From an uncultured Candidatus Saccharibacteria bacterium (GTDB taxonomy: Bacteria > Patescibacteriota > Minisyncoccia > Phycocordibacterales > UBA6899), in NCBI GenBank assembly GCA_964515375.1, contig CAZERF010000006.1, forward strand, positions 16,133-80,132: a stretch of 64,000 bases of DNA, read 5' to 3'. Positions 39,555 to 49,130 of the stretch are shown here, one piece after another (within the stretch, counting starts at the first letter, position 1; each line of letters begins with the position of its first letter). The notes below the pieces were generated by a model that worked only from the letters and a program-made list of their open reading frames with translations, had not been told where the DNA came from and ran no database searches. The position numbers and the translations under genes were made by a program.

Positions 39555-40787
39555 TTAACCCCAGATGGATTTTAAAATATTCTGTCTCGCCACCATCTTT
39601 GCAGGAATGAATCCCGCGAATATCGCCGAAAGAGTGAGACTTGCAATATTGAGGAAGATTTCAATGGGAGTATATACCAAACTTGCGTTTCCAAACGGCA
39701 TCGGAATCGGCCGAACATGCAAAAGAGGTACGACAAGGAAAAATACGATCATGAGCCCCAGGATTGTCCCCAAGGTGACATAAAAAAGAGACTGGAGAAC
39801 ATAAGACACCTCAATGATACGCTCTTTGATCCCGATCGCCTTCAAAATTCCGATCTGCCTGCGCTTGTTCACCGCATTCACATAAATCATCACAAAGATT
39901 GTGATCGCGGCAACAATAATACTGATGATTGTTACAATAATCGTAATGACATTGAACGCATCCACAAGAATACCCACCGTACTGAGGCGATTCGTATACT
40001 TCTCGATCTTTAGGTTTGGCGCGATCATCGCGATCTGCTCAACATAATCATCAAGCGTCACGCGATTAAGATCAGCGCGCACCATGATTTCCGATGCGTT
40101 ATCATAAACCGACAAGATAGATTCCGCCTCCTGTGCAGAAATAAATGCCGTACCTCCCACTGAACCGCCCATGCTGATTTTGAATATCCCCCTTACTGTG
40201 TAGCTTCGCGTGATACCGTTGGAATATGTCACCTGAACTTCATCCCCCACCACTGCACCACCAAGGTCTGATGTTTGCTTTGTTCCGAATCCCCCTGAGA
40301 GATTTGCCCCAAGGACGATCTCGTCATTCTTGAGCTCATCAGGAAATTCACCCGAAACAATGTTCTCATGGACGGTCAATATCTTCTTTTCCTCCGACTG
40401 AGTCACGCCGATCACCGGAGCAGAGACTCGTTTGAATTCACCCATCTTTTCCTTGTCATAGGCAAACGAGCCTCCCAACTGATAGTGCCGAGTCGTTCCA
40501 ATGATCCCCGGAATCGTCTCGATCTGCGCCCGAACTTTCCCTTGGTTCAAGATGAATTCCTTGACGGTCGGTTCCTCTTGCGGCATGACGATGATGTGCG
40601 CGGTCGAATTGTCTATCATGGACCGCATGATGCCGTCGGAAAAACCATTCAAAAATCCGGATACAAACATCAAATTAAAGAACGAGAGGGACAAGATGAA
40701 GATAGTGAAGACTGCCGTGGATTTATTGCCCCTCGTGATAGTTTTATATGCAACAAAGAATGCGGTCTTGAGATCAGTTCCGTTCAT
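39555..40787 (-). CDS. ABC transporter permease, FtsX/MacB-like, with a periplasmic domain
   Basis: N-terminal transmembrane helix, a large periplasmic domain, and a C-terminal four-helix FtsX domain. Confidence 0.8.
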   Translation of the reverse strand: MNGTDLKTAFFVAYKTITRGNKSTAVFTIFILSLSFFNLMFVSGFLNGFSDGIMRSMIDNSTAHIIVMPQEEPTVKEFILNQGKVRAQIETIPGIIGTTRHYQLGGSFAYDKEKMGEFKRVSAPVIGVTQSEEKKILTVHENIVSGEFPDELKNDEIVLGANLSGGFGTKQTSDLGGAVVGDEVQVTYSNGITRSYTVRGIFKISMGGSVGGTAFISAQEAESILSVYDNASEIMVRADLNRVTLDDYVEQIAMIAPNLKIEKYTNRLSTVGILVDAFNVITIIVTIISIIVAAITIFVMIYVNAVNKRRQIGILKAIGIKERIIEVSYVLQSLFYVTLGTILGLMIVFFLVVPLLHVRPIPMPFGNASLVYTPIEIFLNIASLTLSAIFAGFIPAKMVARQNILKSIWG

Positions 40788-40790
40788 GGT

Positions 40791-42341
40791 CTATTTTTGT
40801 TTTTTCTCGGCACTAAGAATGACCTGATCGCCTTCGGAGAGACCTGAGGTGATCTCTACCATCCCTTGATCATTTTCAATCCCCACAGTCACTTCCCTTT
40901 TTACTACCTGACCATCGGCAAGTATCTGCACTATCTTTTTCTCATCATTACGCTGCACCGCACTCGCCGGCACAAAGATCGCATCTTCTGAAATGGCGGT
41001 GTTGATCCATACATTAGCAGTCATTCCCGATCGAACACGTTCATCCTCCTTGTCGAACAATATTGTTGTCTTGTAGTACACCGCGCCACCAATGAGAGTC
41101 TCCACCGGCTCAATAGCAACAACCTTTCCTCCAAACTCCTCCCCAATGATCGCGTCAAAAGTAATCCTCGCCTGCTGCCCAACACGCACATCCACGATCT
41201 TGTCTTCAACGACATTCAATTGTATTTGCAATGCACCGCCTGAGGCAAGAGACACAACAACAACATCAGCGCCAACCACCTCACCGACCTCACCACGGAC
41301 GTTCGTTATCATTGAGGACACTGGCGCGTAGATCAACAAATCCCTACGCTGCGCCTCAATCCTTTCAAGAGAAGCTTCTGCCTGTGTGATCTGCGCCTGA
41401 TATACGGCAATATCCGACAATCGAACCGGAGCGGTCTTTAAAGAAAACTGATTCTTTGCGATGTGGAGTGCCGATTCTTTCGCTTGAAGATTTTCTTCCG
41501 CAAGAAGGAGGTTTGAGATCGCCGTATCAACATTCGTTCGGGCTGTAGAAATATCGTTCTTCCACTTATCGATCGTCGCCTGGGTGATCTTGGAACTTGG
41601 AGTCAGTGAGTTCACGACCAATGCTATATTTGCAAGAAATTCCTTAACCTGCGCGGTATTCTTTTTCGCGAGTGAAATCGCAAAGACAAGATCGCTTTCC
41701 ATTGAACCCGACCCCAGATTTCTCTCCCACTCGACGAAAGACTCCTCAATAGCAGACCTCGCCTCCTCTACTTCTGCCTCAAGTTGCATATCGTACGGAA
41801 AGCTAAACAACAGCTGAGGGTCAGACGTCTTGGGATTATCAAACAACTGGTCGGATTTTGCCCGTACCGCATCATCAGATTTCGTATATGCACCATGCAA
41901 CCTATCGATCACCGTCTTCTTTGCATCAAGAAGCGACTGCTCGGCATTAAGGACCGCAGTCTCAGATATACTCACATCTTCCGGAGACGCACCACTTAAA
42001 AGCTGGTTTAATTTTGCTTTTTGGAGATCTATTCCCGCTTGCATCTCTTTGACCTGAGCATCGAGCTGAGTGGTATCCTGTTTGGCGAGGAGTTTTCCCG
42101 CGGAAACTTTTTCGCCCACTCGCGCATTCAGAAAAGTGATCCTACCGCTTCCCTTGAAACGCAGATCGATCTGTGTCGGTGATTCAACTTTTCCACTTGC
42201 GGAAACCTCCTGGGCAATATCTCCTCTTTTTGCGACTGCAAGAGTGTATGAAGGCGCATTAAAACGCTGCACAAGAAATACGCCGCCCGTGGCGATAAGG
42301 ACGAGGATCCCTGATGTGATAAATAAAGTTTTCTTGCTCAT
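40791..42341 (-). CDS. HlyD-family periplasmic adaptor with a very long coiled-coil
   Basis: Transmembrane helix, biotin-lipoyl-like half motifs, and ~250 aa of coiled-coil. Confidence 0.7.
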   Translation of the reverse strand: MSKKTLFITSGILVLIATGGVFLVQRFNAPSYTLAVAKRGDIAQEVSASGKVESPTQIDLRFKGSGRITFLNARVGEKVSAGKLLAKQDTTQLDAQVKEMQAGIDLQKAKLNQLLSGASPEDVSISETAVLNAEQSLLDAKKTVIDRLHGAYTKSDDAVRAKSDQLFDNPKTSDPQLLFSFPYDMQLEAEVEEARSAIEESFVEWERNLGSGSMESDLVFAISLAKKNTAQVKEFLANIALVVNSLTPSSKITQATIDKWKNDISTARTNVDTAISNLLLAEENLQAKESALHIAKNQFSLKTAPVRLSDIAVYQAQITQAEASLERIEAQRRDLLIYAPVSSMITNVRGEVGEVVGADVVVVSLASGGALQIQLNVVEDKIVDVRVGQQARITFDAIIGEEFGGKVVAIEPVETLIGGAVYYKTTILFDKEDERVRSGMTANVWINTAISEDAIFVPASAVQRNDEKKIVQILADGQVVKREVTVGIENDQGMVEITSGLSEGDQVILSAEKKQK

Positions 42342-42426
42342 ACGGTAAAAAAGAATAAAGAGTAAAAAGAGACCACTAGTTCATTCCGCTCGTTCATCAT
42401 AATATAAAATATCTTTACGGACAAGT

Positions 42427-42445
42427 TACTTTATGATAAAGTAAT
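42427..42445. promoter_or_regulatory. Perfect 9-1-9 palindrome TTACTTTAT-G-ATAAAGTAA, 6 nt upstream of the marR start. Candidate MarR operator.
   Basis: Seen in the sequence within the divergent promoter between the hlyD-type operon and marR. Confidence 0.45.
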
Positions 42446-42450
42446 CTCAA

Positions 42451-42906
42451 ATGAAACGTGAAGAAGCAACAGAAAAGCTCACCACCTCGATACACAAGGA
42501 AGCTCGAGCTGCGGGGCTTTTTGTGCACACCATATCCGAAATCACTGGAATACATTCCACCGACATCCGCTGTTTGGAATTTTTAAGTGACACACACACC
42601 GCAACCGCCGGCGAACTCGGCAAGGCGACCGGACTCACCACCGGAGCAGTCACCGCAATGATCGACAGACTTGAAAAGGGAGGATTCGTTCGACGCGAGA
42701 CAGACAGCAATGATCGGAGGAAGATCATCATTAGACTCCTGGGAATCCCCGACAAACTCAAATCGGTAAAAGAAATGTTCTCAACACAAATACCTGATAT
42801 TCTTGCTGAGTACAGCACAGCAGAACTCCGGCTGATCACGGACTGGAACACAAAAATGGCCGCCGTATTTCACGAAAAGATAACCAAACTCAAAACAAAA
42901 AAATAA
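42451..42906 (+). CDS. MarR-family transcriptional regulator
   Basis: Winged helix: ELGKATGLTTGAVTAMIDRLEKGGFVRRETDSNDRR. Terminator at 42933-42958. Confidence 0.8.
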   Translation: MKREEATEKLTTSIHKEARAAGLFVHTISEITGIHSTDIRCLEFLSDTHTATAGELGKATGLTTGAVTAMIDRLEKGGFVRRETDSNDRRKIIIRLLGIPDKLKSVKEMFSTQIPDILAEYSTAELRLITDWNTKMAAVFHEKITKLKTKK

Positions 42907-43020
42907 TATTCGCGGGGCAACAAAAAGACCACACATTGAAATGAGTGGTCTTTTTGTTGCTTTTTAAACACGAGCAACCGCATAGCAAAATTCTCCTTAC
43001 GGAGAATTTTGAGCGGTTTG

Positions 43021-43091
43021 CTGCGGGACTAGGATTCGAACCTAGATGACAACATCCAGAGTGTTGCATCCTACCATTAGATGATCCCGCA
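43021..43091 (-). tRNA. tRNA-Gln (anticodon CUG)
   Basis: Cloverleaf folded by hand: acceptor UGCGGGA/UCCCGCA, anticodon arm CAACA-CUCUGGA-UGUUG, T-arm CUAGG-UUCGAAU-CCUAG. Confidence 0.7.
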
Positions 43092-43195
43092 ATAGTTCTA
43101 AAAACACTGCCCTATCGGACAGTGTTTCTATCATACGCAATTGGGGGATTTTTTCAACCCTCACAACAAGGACACCTCATCGACCCGAGAGGGCG

Positions 43196-43636
43196 CTATT
43201 CCTTATCCTTATTATGCGCAAAGCCAAGTCCCGCGGAAACAAAGGTGAGCATAAAGAAGACAAGACCGAGAAAACAGGTCGGCACACCGAACGTATAGGC
43301 GGAGAATCCTTTCTCGAGGAGCGCGGGGACTTCGATCGCGGTCAGGTATCCGGAAAAGAGGATACCGAGCAAGGCGACACCGGAGAGTGCGACAAAGGAC
43401 GAAGGGAGCGTCAAGCGCTTTTGCCATGCAAGGACCGCAAGTGCAAGAAGTGTCGCGTACAAGAGAAATCCGTACACACACGCGGGTTGACCCCAGATGA
43501 TCGGACATTCTTCATTGAAGGCACATGCGCCGGAAAAGAGTTTGACCGCGGAGAGGTATCCCGAAAAGAGGAAGCCCGCGACTGAAAAACCGAGGACAAA
43601 ACGAAGTGCGAGTGAGCGTTGTTCTTTCATATGCAC
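43196..43636 (-). CDS. Small polytopic membrane protein with internally duplicated halves. Possibly VKOR/DoxX-like.
   Basis: Four transmembrane helices. Repeated FSGYL…C…G.P.C motifs. Family assignment is weak. Confidence 0.35.
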   Translation of the reverse strand: MHMKEQRSLALRFVLGFSVAGFLFSGYLSAVKLFSGACAFNEECPIIWGQPACVYGFLLYATLLALAVLAWQKRLTLPSSFVALSGVALLGILFSGYLTAIEVPALLEKGFSAYTFGVPTCFLGLVFFMLTFVSAGLGFAHNKDKE

Positions 43637-43768
43637 GCATTATACCGCACATGACGGAGGAGACTCAACGTGAAACGTCTCCGCGCGAGACATTGACACT
43701 CAACATATTCATGATATAAGAAAATTTGAGCAACACGGTACCTTAAAGACAACCATTGGAGGAATCAT

Positions 43769-44611
43769 ATGTTTGTTAACCTCGAGGGACTCAAGTTGGG
43801 TCCTCATGTCGAAGAAAATGCACGAATAGTCTTACGGATCATCACGGAGGAATGCGGCGAACAACGAACGAATCTGACCATCGATGTCGGGATAAATGAC
43901 GCCCTCCGAGAAGCGCTCCGGTATCTTCAGGATCATGGAGAGATCGCCGTCATCGGCTGGGAGAACATGCCGATCAAGTATCCTTCGCACTGTGTCGACG
44001 TCACAATACCCTCAATAACGCACGGTGTGCGTGATGAAACAGATGCGGAGCGATTTCCCCATTATGTCTATGCCTTCGTCGATTTCCCCAATATCAATGA
44101 ACAACCGAACGGTCTTTTGACCGCGCAATTCGACTGGGAACTCCTCGCTGCACTCATCAAAGAGGCGGCGGGGGTACACGATGCGATCGAAATGCATCTG
44201 TATTTTCACCACAACGATCTGGTGCCCAAAAAAGAGGGTTGGGCGCAAGAGGTGCTTGGCCCCTCGCGCAATGCGGGATTTTTGACCCACGTCGCGCACA
44301 AATGGTCAAAGGACACCGATTCGCACATGATCGTCGACATGATGGATATGGACCTGACGCACATTCCGAAAGGAAGTCGAGTCACGTACGTCCTCGTCTC
44401 CGGCGATCGTGACTTCGCCCCGGCACTCTTACGCAAGAAAAAACGTGCGCAGGACAGAGGGCTTTCTTTCGACATCACGATCATGTCGCTACGCGAGAGG
44501 ATCTCGAACGTCTTTCCCCATAGCACCCAGGCGACCTTTGTCCCACTTGATGATGCGGACCTCTTCAAACGCGGGATGACGCGAAATGAAAGCGCCCCCG
44601 CAGATACATGA
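43769..44611 (+). CDS. NYN (LabA-like PIN-fold) domain protein with a ~170 aa N-terminal region of unknown function
   Basis: C-terminal MIVDMMDMD…VTYVLVSGDRDFAPAL matches the NYN/LabA signature. Promoter TTGACA-16-TATAAG and SD GGAGGA lie upstream. Confidence 0.6.
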   Translation: MFVNLEGLKLGPHVEENARIVLRIITEECGEQRTNLTIDVGINDALREALRYLQDHGEIAVIGWENMPIKYPSHCVDVTIPSITHGVRDETDAERFPHYVYAFVDFPNINEQPNGLLTAQFDWELLAALIKEAAGVHDAIEMHLYFHHNDLVPKKEGWAQEVLGPSRNAGFLTHVAHKWSKDTDSHMIVDMMDMDLTHIPKGSRVTYVLVSGDRDFAPALLRKKKRAQDRGLSFDITIMSLRERISNVFPHSTQATFVPLDDADLFKRGMTRNESAPADT

Positions 44612-44667
44612 AACACCACACCACCGGAAACCCCGGTGGTGCTTTTTTGTATCACAAAAAACAGAGA

Positions 44668-46314
44668 TCACTTCTTCTTGCTCGCGGCTTTGACGAAGGC
44701 GTCGAAGAGCGGGTGGGAAGTGAGCGGACGCGCGGTGAACTCGGGATGGAATTGCGTACCAAGGAAGAAGGGGTGTTCCTTCTTGGGCAACTCGGCGATC
44801 TCCATCAAGGTGCCGTCAGGAGAAGTGCCCGAGAAGACGAGTCCCGCTTTTGTGATATCGGCAATAAATTCCGGATTCACCTCAAAGCGATGCCGGTGGC
44901 GTTCGGAAATTTCTTTTGCGCCATACGCGGTCGCGGCAATACTTCCCTCTTTGAGCTTTGCGGGATACGCACCGAGTCGCATACTCCCTCCAAAATTTCC
45001 CTTGGCGAGGAGTTCTTTTTGTTCAGGCATGATATCGACGACGGGATGCGCCGTTGTGCGGTCGATCTCGGTCGTGTTTGCGTCCTTCCATCCCAACACA
45101 TTGCGGGCGTATTCGACGACCATGAGTTGCATGCCGTAGCATAACCCGAAATACGGGATCTTGTGTTCGCGCGCGTGACGAATGACGGCGAGCTTGCCTT
45201 CGATCCCGCGTGAGCCGAATCCTCCCGGCACAATGATACCGTCATAGGACTCGAGGTCTTTCAAGTGTTCCGCCGCATTCTTTCCTTCGAAGTCGTCCGA
45301 GGCAAGCCAGTCGATCTCCGGTTTGCGCCCCGCCTTGTACGCGGCATACTTGAGCGCTTCGATAACGGAGAGATACGAATCTGAGAGCACGAAATCTCCC
45401 GAGGCAAAATATTTGCCGATAATGCCGATGCGCAAAGATTTGGTCGAACGGTGCACGCGCGCAGTGAGCGCCTTCCATGCCGCGAGTTCGGGGGTGTGAC
45501 GCACGCGCATGCGGAGTTGTCGCACCAAGAGATCTCCCAGGCGATCCTTCTCAAAATTGAGCGGAATATCGTAGATGCTCTCCGCGTCGGGAGCCGAGAT
45601 GACATGCTCCACGGGGACGCTACACGCGAGCGAGAGCTTCTCCTTGCGCTTCGCGTCGAGCGGATGGTCGGAGCGGGCGATGATGTAGTCGGCCTGAAGT
45701 CCTGTGCCGTTTAATGTGCGCGAGGCATACTGTGTGGGCTTCGTCTTCATCTCCCCTACCTTGCTCGGGACAGGAAGATAGGACACGAGGATGATCGCCA
45801 CATCTTCGGGATGGCGGAGCTTCAACATGCGGGCCGCTTCCAAAAAGAGAAGGTTCTGATACTCTCCGATCGTCCCGCCGATCTCGATGATACTCACATC
45901 AGCGCGCAACTCTTTTGCGGCGAGATTGATGCGCTCGATCACCTCAAGCGGAATGTGTGGGACGACTTCGACACACTTTCCTCCGTATTCAAGGTTGCGC
46001 TCGCGTGCGATAACGTGCTGATAGACAGACCCGGTGGTCATATAGTTCGTGCGGGAAAGATCGATGTTCAAGAAGCGCTCGTAGTTACCCATATCCTGGT
46101 CCGTCTCGTAACCGTCGTTTAATACAAAGACCTCGCCGTGTTCGGTCGGGTTCATTGTTCCCGCGTCGACGTTGATGTACGGATCGATCTTGGTCGGCGA
46201 CACGACAAATCCGCGTGACTGCAAGAGAAGTCCGATCGAAGACGCCGCGACGCCCTTCCCAACCCCACTCATCACTCCACCTACTACAAAAATATACTTA
46301 TGCGCTTTTGCCAT
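44668..46314 (-). CDS. pyrG: CTP synthase
   Basis: KYIFVVGGVMSGVGKG N-terminus plus a C-terminal glutamine amidotransferase domain (GLCYGMQ). Confidence 0.92.
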   Translation of the reverse strand: MAKAHKYIFVVGGVMSGVGKGVAASSIGLLLQSRGFVVSPTKIDPYINVDAGTMNPTEHGEVFVLNDGYETDQDMGNYERFLNIDLSRTNYMTTGSVYQHVIARERNLEYGGKCVEVVPHIPLEVIERINLAAKELRADVSIIEIGGTIGEYQNLLFLEAARMLKLRHPEDVAIILVSYLPVPSKVGEMKTKPTQYASRTLNGTGLQADYIIARSDHPLDAKRKEKLSLACSVPVEHVISAPDAESIYDIPLNFEKDRLGDLLVRQLRMRVRHTPELAAWKALTARVHRSTKSLRIGIIGKYFASGDFVLSDSYLSVIEALKYAAYKAGRKPEIDWLASDDFEGKNAAEHLKDLESYDGIIVPGGFGSRGIEGKLAVIRHAREHKIPYFGLCYGMQLMVVEYARNVLGWKDANTTEIDRTTAHPVVDIMPEQKELLAKGNFGGSMRLGAYPAKLKEGSIAATAYGAKEISERHRHRFEVNPEFIADITKAGLVFSGTSPDGTLMEIAELPKKEHPFFLGTQFHPEFTARPLTSHPLFDAFVKAASKKK

Positions 46315-46347
46315 AACAGAAGAGAAGCGGGGACTTCCCCGCTTCGG

Positions 46348-47277
46348 TTAGATCTTTAAATAACGACGGACCGCCAGATAACTCGAGATGGCGCCGAGCG
46401 CGACACCGGTCCCGAGCATGACCAAGAATATCTGGTTAAGATTGGCGATGTAGTAGTAGAAGAGATCGAGTCCGTCATAAAAATTCTCGGTTGAGCTCTT
46501 GAGCCAGAGCGTGGCCGGATAAAAAAGCGCGGTAGCGACAATCGCGGAGACCATGCCGTACATGACCCCTTCAACAATGAAAGGTCCGCGCACAAAGGTG
46601 TTGTTCGCGCCGACTAGTCGCATGACGGCGATCTCTTCGCGAGAGATGTAGATTGCGAGGCGGATCGTGTTGAATGTGATCACGATCGCAATACCGATCA
46701 AAAGCAAGAGAATAGCGACAGAAAGTTTGTTGATCCCGGAGGTGATCGCGGTCAACTTGTCGATGACAATCTTATTCTTGGCGTAGTTGACGCTGTAAAC
46801 GATATCGGTGCCCGGCTCGGCGGCATTCTGCTCCTTCGTGATGTGTGCCGCGATCGCATCGTATTGAGCAGTGTCCTTCGCTTTGACATTCAAGATCGCT
46901 CCGAGGGGATTCTCGGCGAGCTCTTCGAGTGCCTGGGTCATGAGGTAGTCGTTGGAGTGACGCTCCTTGAAATTCTCGATCGCCTGATCGCGCGAAATGT
47001 ATTCCACGGACGCAACCTCGGGAAGCGATTCGAGCTCGCGTTTCATGACAAAGATATCTTCTTCGGCCGCGTCAGAGTTGAGGTAAATGTTCACATCAAC
47101 CTTGTCTTTGATGGTGTTGAGCGCGTCCTCAAGAAAGACGGAGGTCAGCATCGTGGATCCGACGACGAACAGAGCGACGGTCATAACAAAGATCGCGGAA
47201 AGCGAAACGAGCGCGTTGCGCCAAAAGTTGACGAACCCCGCCTTCACGATCCTCTTCGTGTTGGTGAAAACTGACAT
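46348..47277 (-). CDS. ftsX: Cell-division ABC transporter permease FtsX
   Basis: FtsX topology and motifs. Start chosen at MSVFTN. Not adjacent to ftsE. Confidence 0.8.
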   Translation of the reverse strand: MSVFTNTKRIVKAGFVNFWRNALVSLSAIFVMTVALFVVGSTMLTSVFLEDALNTIKDKVDVNIYLNSDAAEEDIFVMKRELESLPEVASVEYISRDQAIENFKERHSNDYLMTQALEELAENPLGAILNVKAKDTAQYDAIAAHITKEQNAAEPGTDIVYSVNYAKNKIVIDKLTAITSGINKLSVAILLLLIGIAIVITFNTIRLAIYISREEIAVMRLVGANNTFVRGPFIVEGVMYGMVSAIVATALFYPATLWLKSSTENFYDGLDLFYYYIANLNQIFLVMLGTGVALGAISSYLAVRRYLKI

Positions 47278-47325
47278 TGCACCTATTTTCGCATGAATGC
47301 ACGATGCTCGCAACGTGGAAATATT

Positions 47326-48216
47326 CTATCCCTTCATTGCGCCGTTTTTAATGAATGTTCCCTCGTCGAGTTCACGGAACGCCTGCGCAAGTTCTCCCTG
47401 CGTATTCATGACAATGGGCCCTCCCCATGCGATCGGCTCGCGCAGTGGCGGAGCGAAGAGGAGAATAAAGCGCGCGCCGGACTCCCCCGCGCGTACAAGT
47501 ACCGCGTCGCCGTCACCAAAGAGAACCGCGTGTTTCTCTTTGACCGAATCCTCGTGTGCACCGATATGTCCTTCGCCCGAAAAGAGATATGCGAAGGCGG
47601 TCAGCCCCGACGCGACAGGAGTCTGAAAGGTCGAACCCGAAACAAGATCAACATCGAGATATGTCGCGGGAACATATGCCCCGGTGAATGCACCACTGAC
47701 CCCTTCGTACTCCCCTGCAATGACCTTGACGCGCACACCCGCCCTCGTGACCGTCGGAATATCCTCGTGACGAATGTCACCATAGGCGGGAGTTGTCATC
47801 TTGTCTTTTGCGGGCAAATTGAGCCAGATCTGTGCGCCGAGCATACGCGCCGACGCGACGGGCATTTCTTGATGAATGATCCCTGATCCGGCGGTCATCC
47901 ACTGACAATCGCCGTTCTTGATGCTTCCCTTGTTTCCCAAACTATCGCCATGCTCGATATCACCCTCGATGAGGTACGTGATCGTCTCGATCCCACGGTG
48001 CGGATGCCACGGAAATCCGAGCACATAATCATCGGGGTTGACGGAATCGAACGCATCGAGCATGAGAAAGGGATCGAGGTCGCGGATGTCGGCATGCCCG
48101 ATGACACGGGTCAAATGCACCCCCGCGCCGTCGACGGCGGGCGTTCCCCGCAAGATCTTTTTGATCGGACGAAAAGTAGTCATAAGGCAAAGATGAAGAG
48201 GATAATGGATGTTCAT
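47326..48216 (-). CDS. Pirin-family (cupin) protein
   Basis: GFPWHPHRGIETITYLIEG…H is the cupin metal site. Confidence 0.8.
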   Translation of the reverse strand: MNIHYPLHLCLMTTFRPIKKILRGTPAVDGAGVHLTRVIGHADIRDLDPFLMLDAFDSVNPDDYVLGFPWHPHRGIETITYLIEGDIEHGDSLGNKGSIKNGDCQWMTAGSGIIHQEMPVASARMLGAQIWLNLPAKDKMTTPAYGDIRHEDIPTVTRAGVRVKVIAGEYEGVSGAFTGAYVPATYLDVDLVSGSTFQTPVASGLTAFAYLFSGEGHIGAHEDSVKEKHAVLFGDGDAVLVRAGESGARFILLFAPPLREPIAWGGPIVMNTQGELAQAFRELDEGTFIKNGAMKG

Positions 48217-48272
48217 TATATCGCAATCCTGAGCGCTTGCCTCGCCAATGTGATGCGGTATAGTAAGGTCAT

Positions 48273-48896
48273 ATGAAGATCAACTATTCCGGCGAATCAT
48301 CGCGAGCAGAGTACGAAGAGACCGAGGCGAAGCGTGACAGCGCCCTTGCAGAGGTCAAAACACTTCGCGAAGAGCGAGACGGCATCGAGGAAGAGCACCG
48401 TGAACTACGCGAAGAATTCGCAAGCGAAGAACCGGGCACCCCTTACCCGCTTGGAGAAGAGGAAGCTGAAGCATTCTCCCGCGTCGACGAACAGCTCACT
48501 CCGGCAGAAAACGCACTCCGTGAATCGGAAGAACGACTTAAGCGCCTCTACAACAAGGCATACGACGAAGCAAAGGCCGACAATATGAAGTGGGACCAAG
48601 CCGCGATCGCCGAGGCGGATCGGATCACGATCGAAAAAGAATTACTCCCCAAGATCAAGGAAGAATGCGCAACCATTCACACGCAATGGGAAGAAGTCGA
48701 GCATCGCGGACATTGGCTTGTAGAGCGCGCGGACGCGATCGAAAAAGAGATCGAGGAGATCCTCAAAAAGAACTTCCGAATGGAAGAAACAAAACGCATT
48801 GTCGAATTGATCAAAGAGTTCTGGGAAGTTCGAGAGGAGATCGCCAAGATACACCAACGTGCGCTCGGGTGGAATATTCGCGAAAAGAAGGACTGA
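48273..48896 (+). CDS. Highly charged coiled-coil hypothetical protein
   Basis: Promoter TTGCCT-16-TATAGT ends 9 nt before the ATG, so it is probably leaderless. Stem-loop at 48919-48946. Confidence 0.5.
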   Translation: MKINYSGESSRAEYEETEAKRDSALAEVKTLREERDGIEEEHRELREEFASEEPGTPYPLGEEEAEAFSRVDEQLTPAENALRESEERLKRLYNKAYDEAKADNMKWDQAAIAEADRITIEKELLPKIKEECATIHTQWEEVEHRGHWLVERADAIEKEIEEILKKNFRMEETKRIVELIKEFWEVREEIAKIHQRALGWNIREKKD

Positions 48897-49130
48897 ACCC
48901 ATCCTCTATGCATCCATGCCACAAAGCCCCGTATGGGGCTTTGTGGTTCATGGAGTACGCACGCATACCGAACACCCGCGTGAGCTTGACTTATGTGTAA
49001 TTTTGTGATAGTATGAAAACACCGCTGTCGTAGTGGCAGAGGAAAGCCCTTTTCAACATCCATCTCAGCCGAGCCGTATTGTGGCAAATCCACAAGCGGA
49101 CAACCTCGGCGAGGAAATAGGAGAAACATC

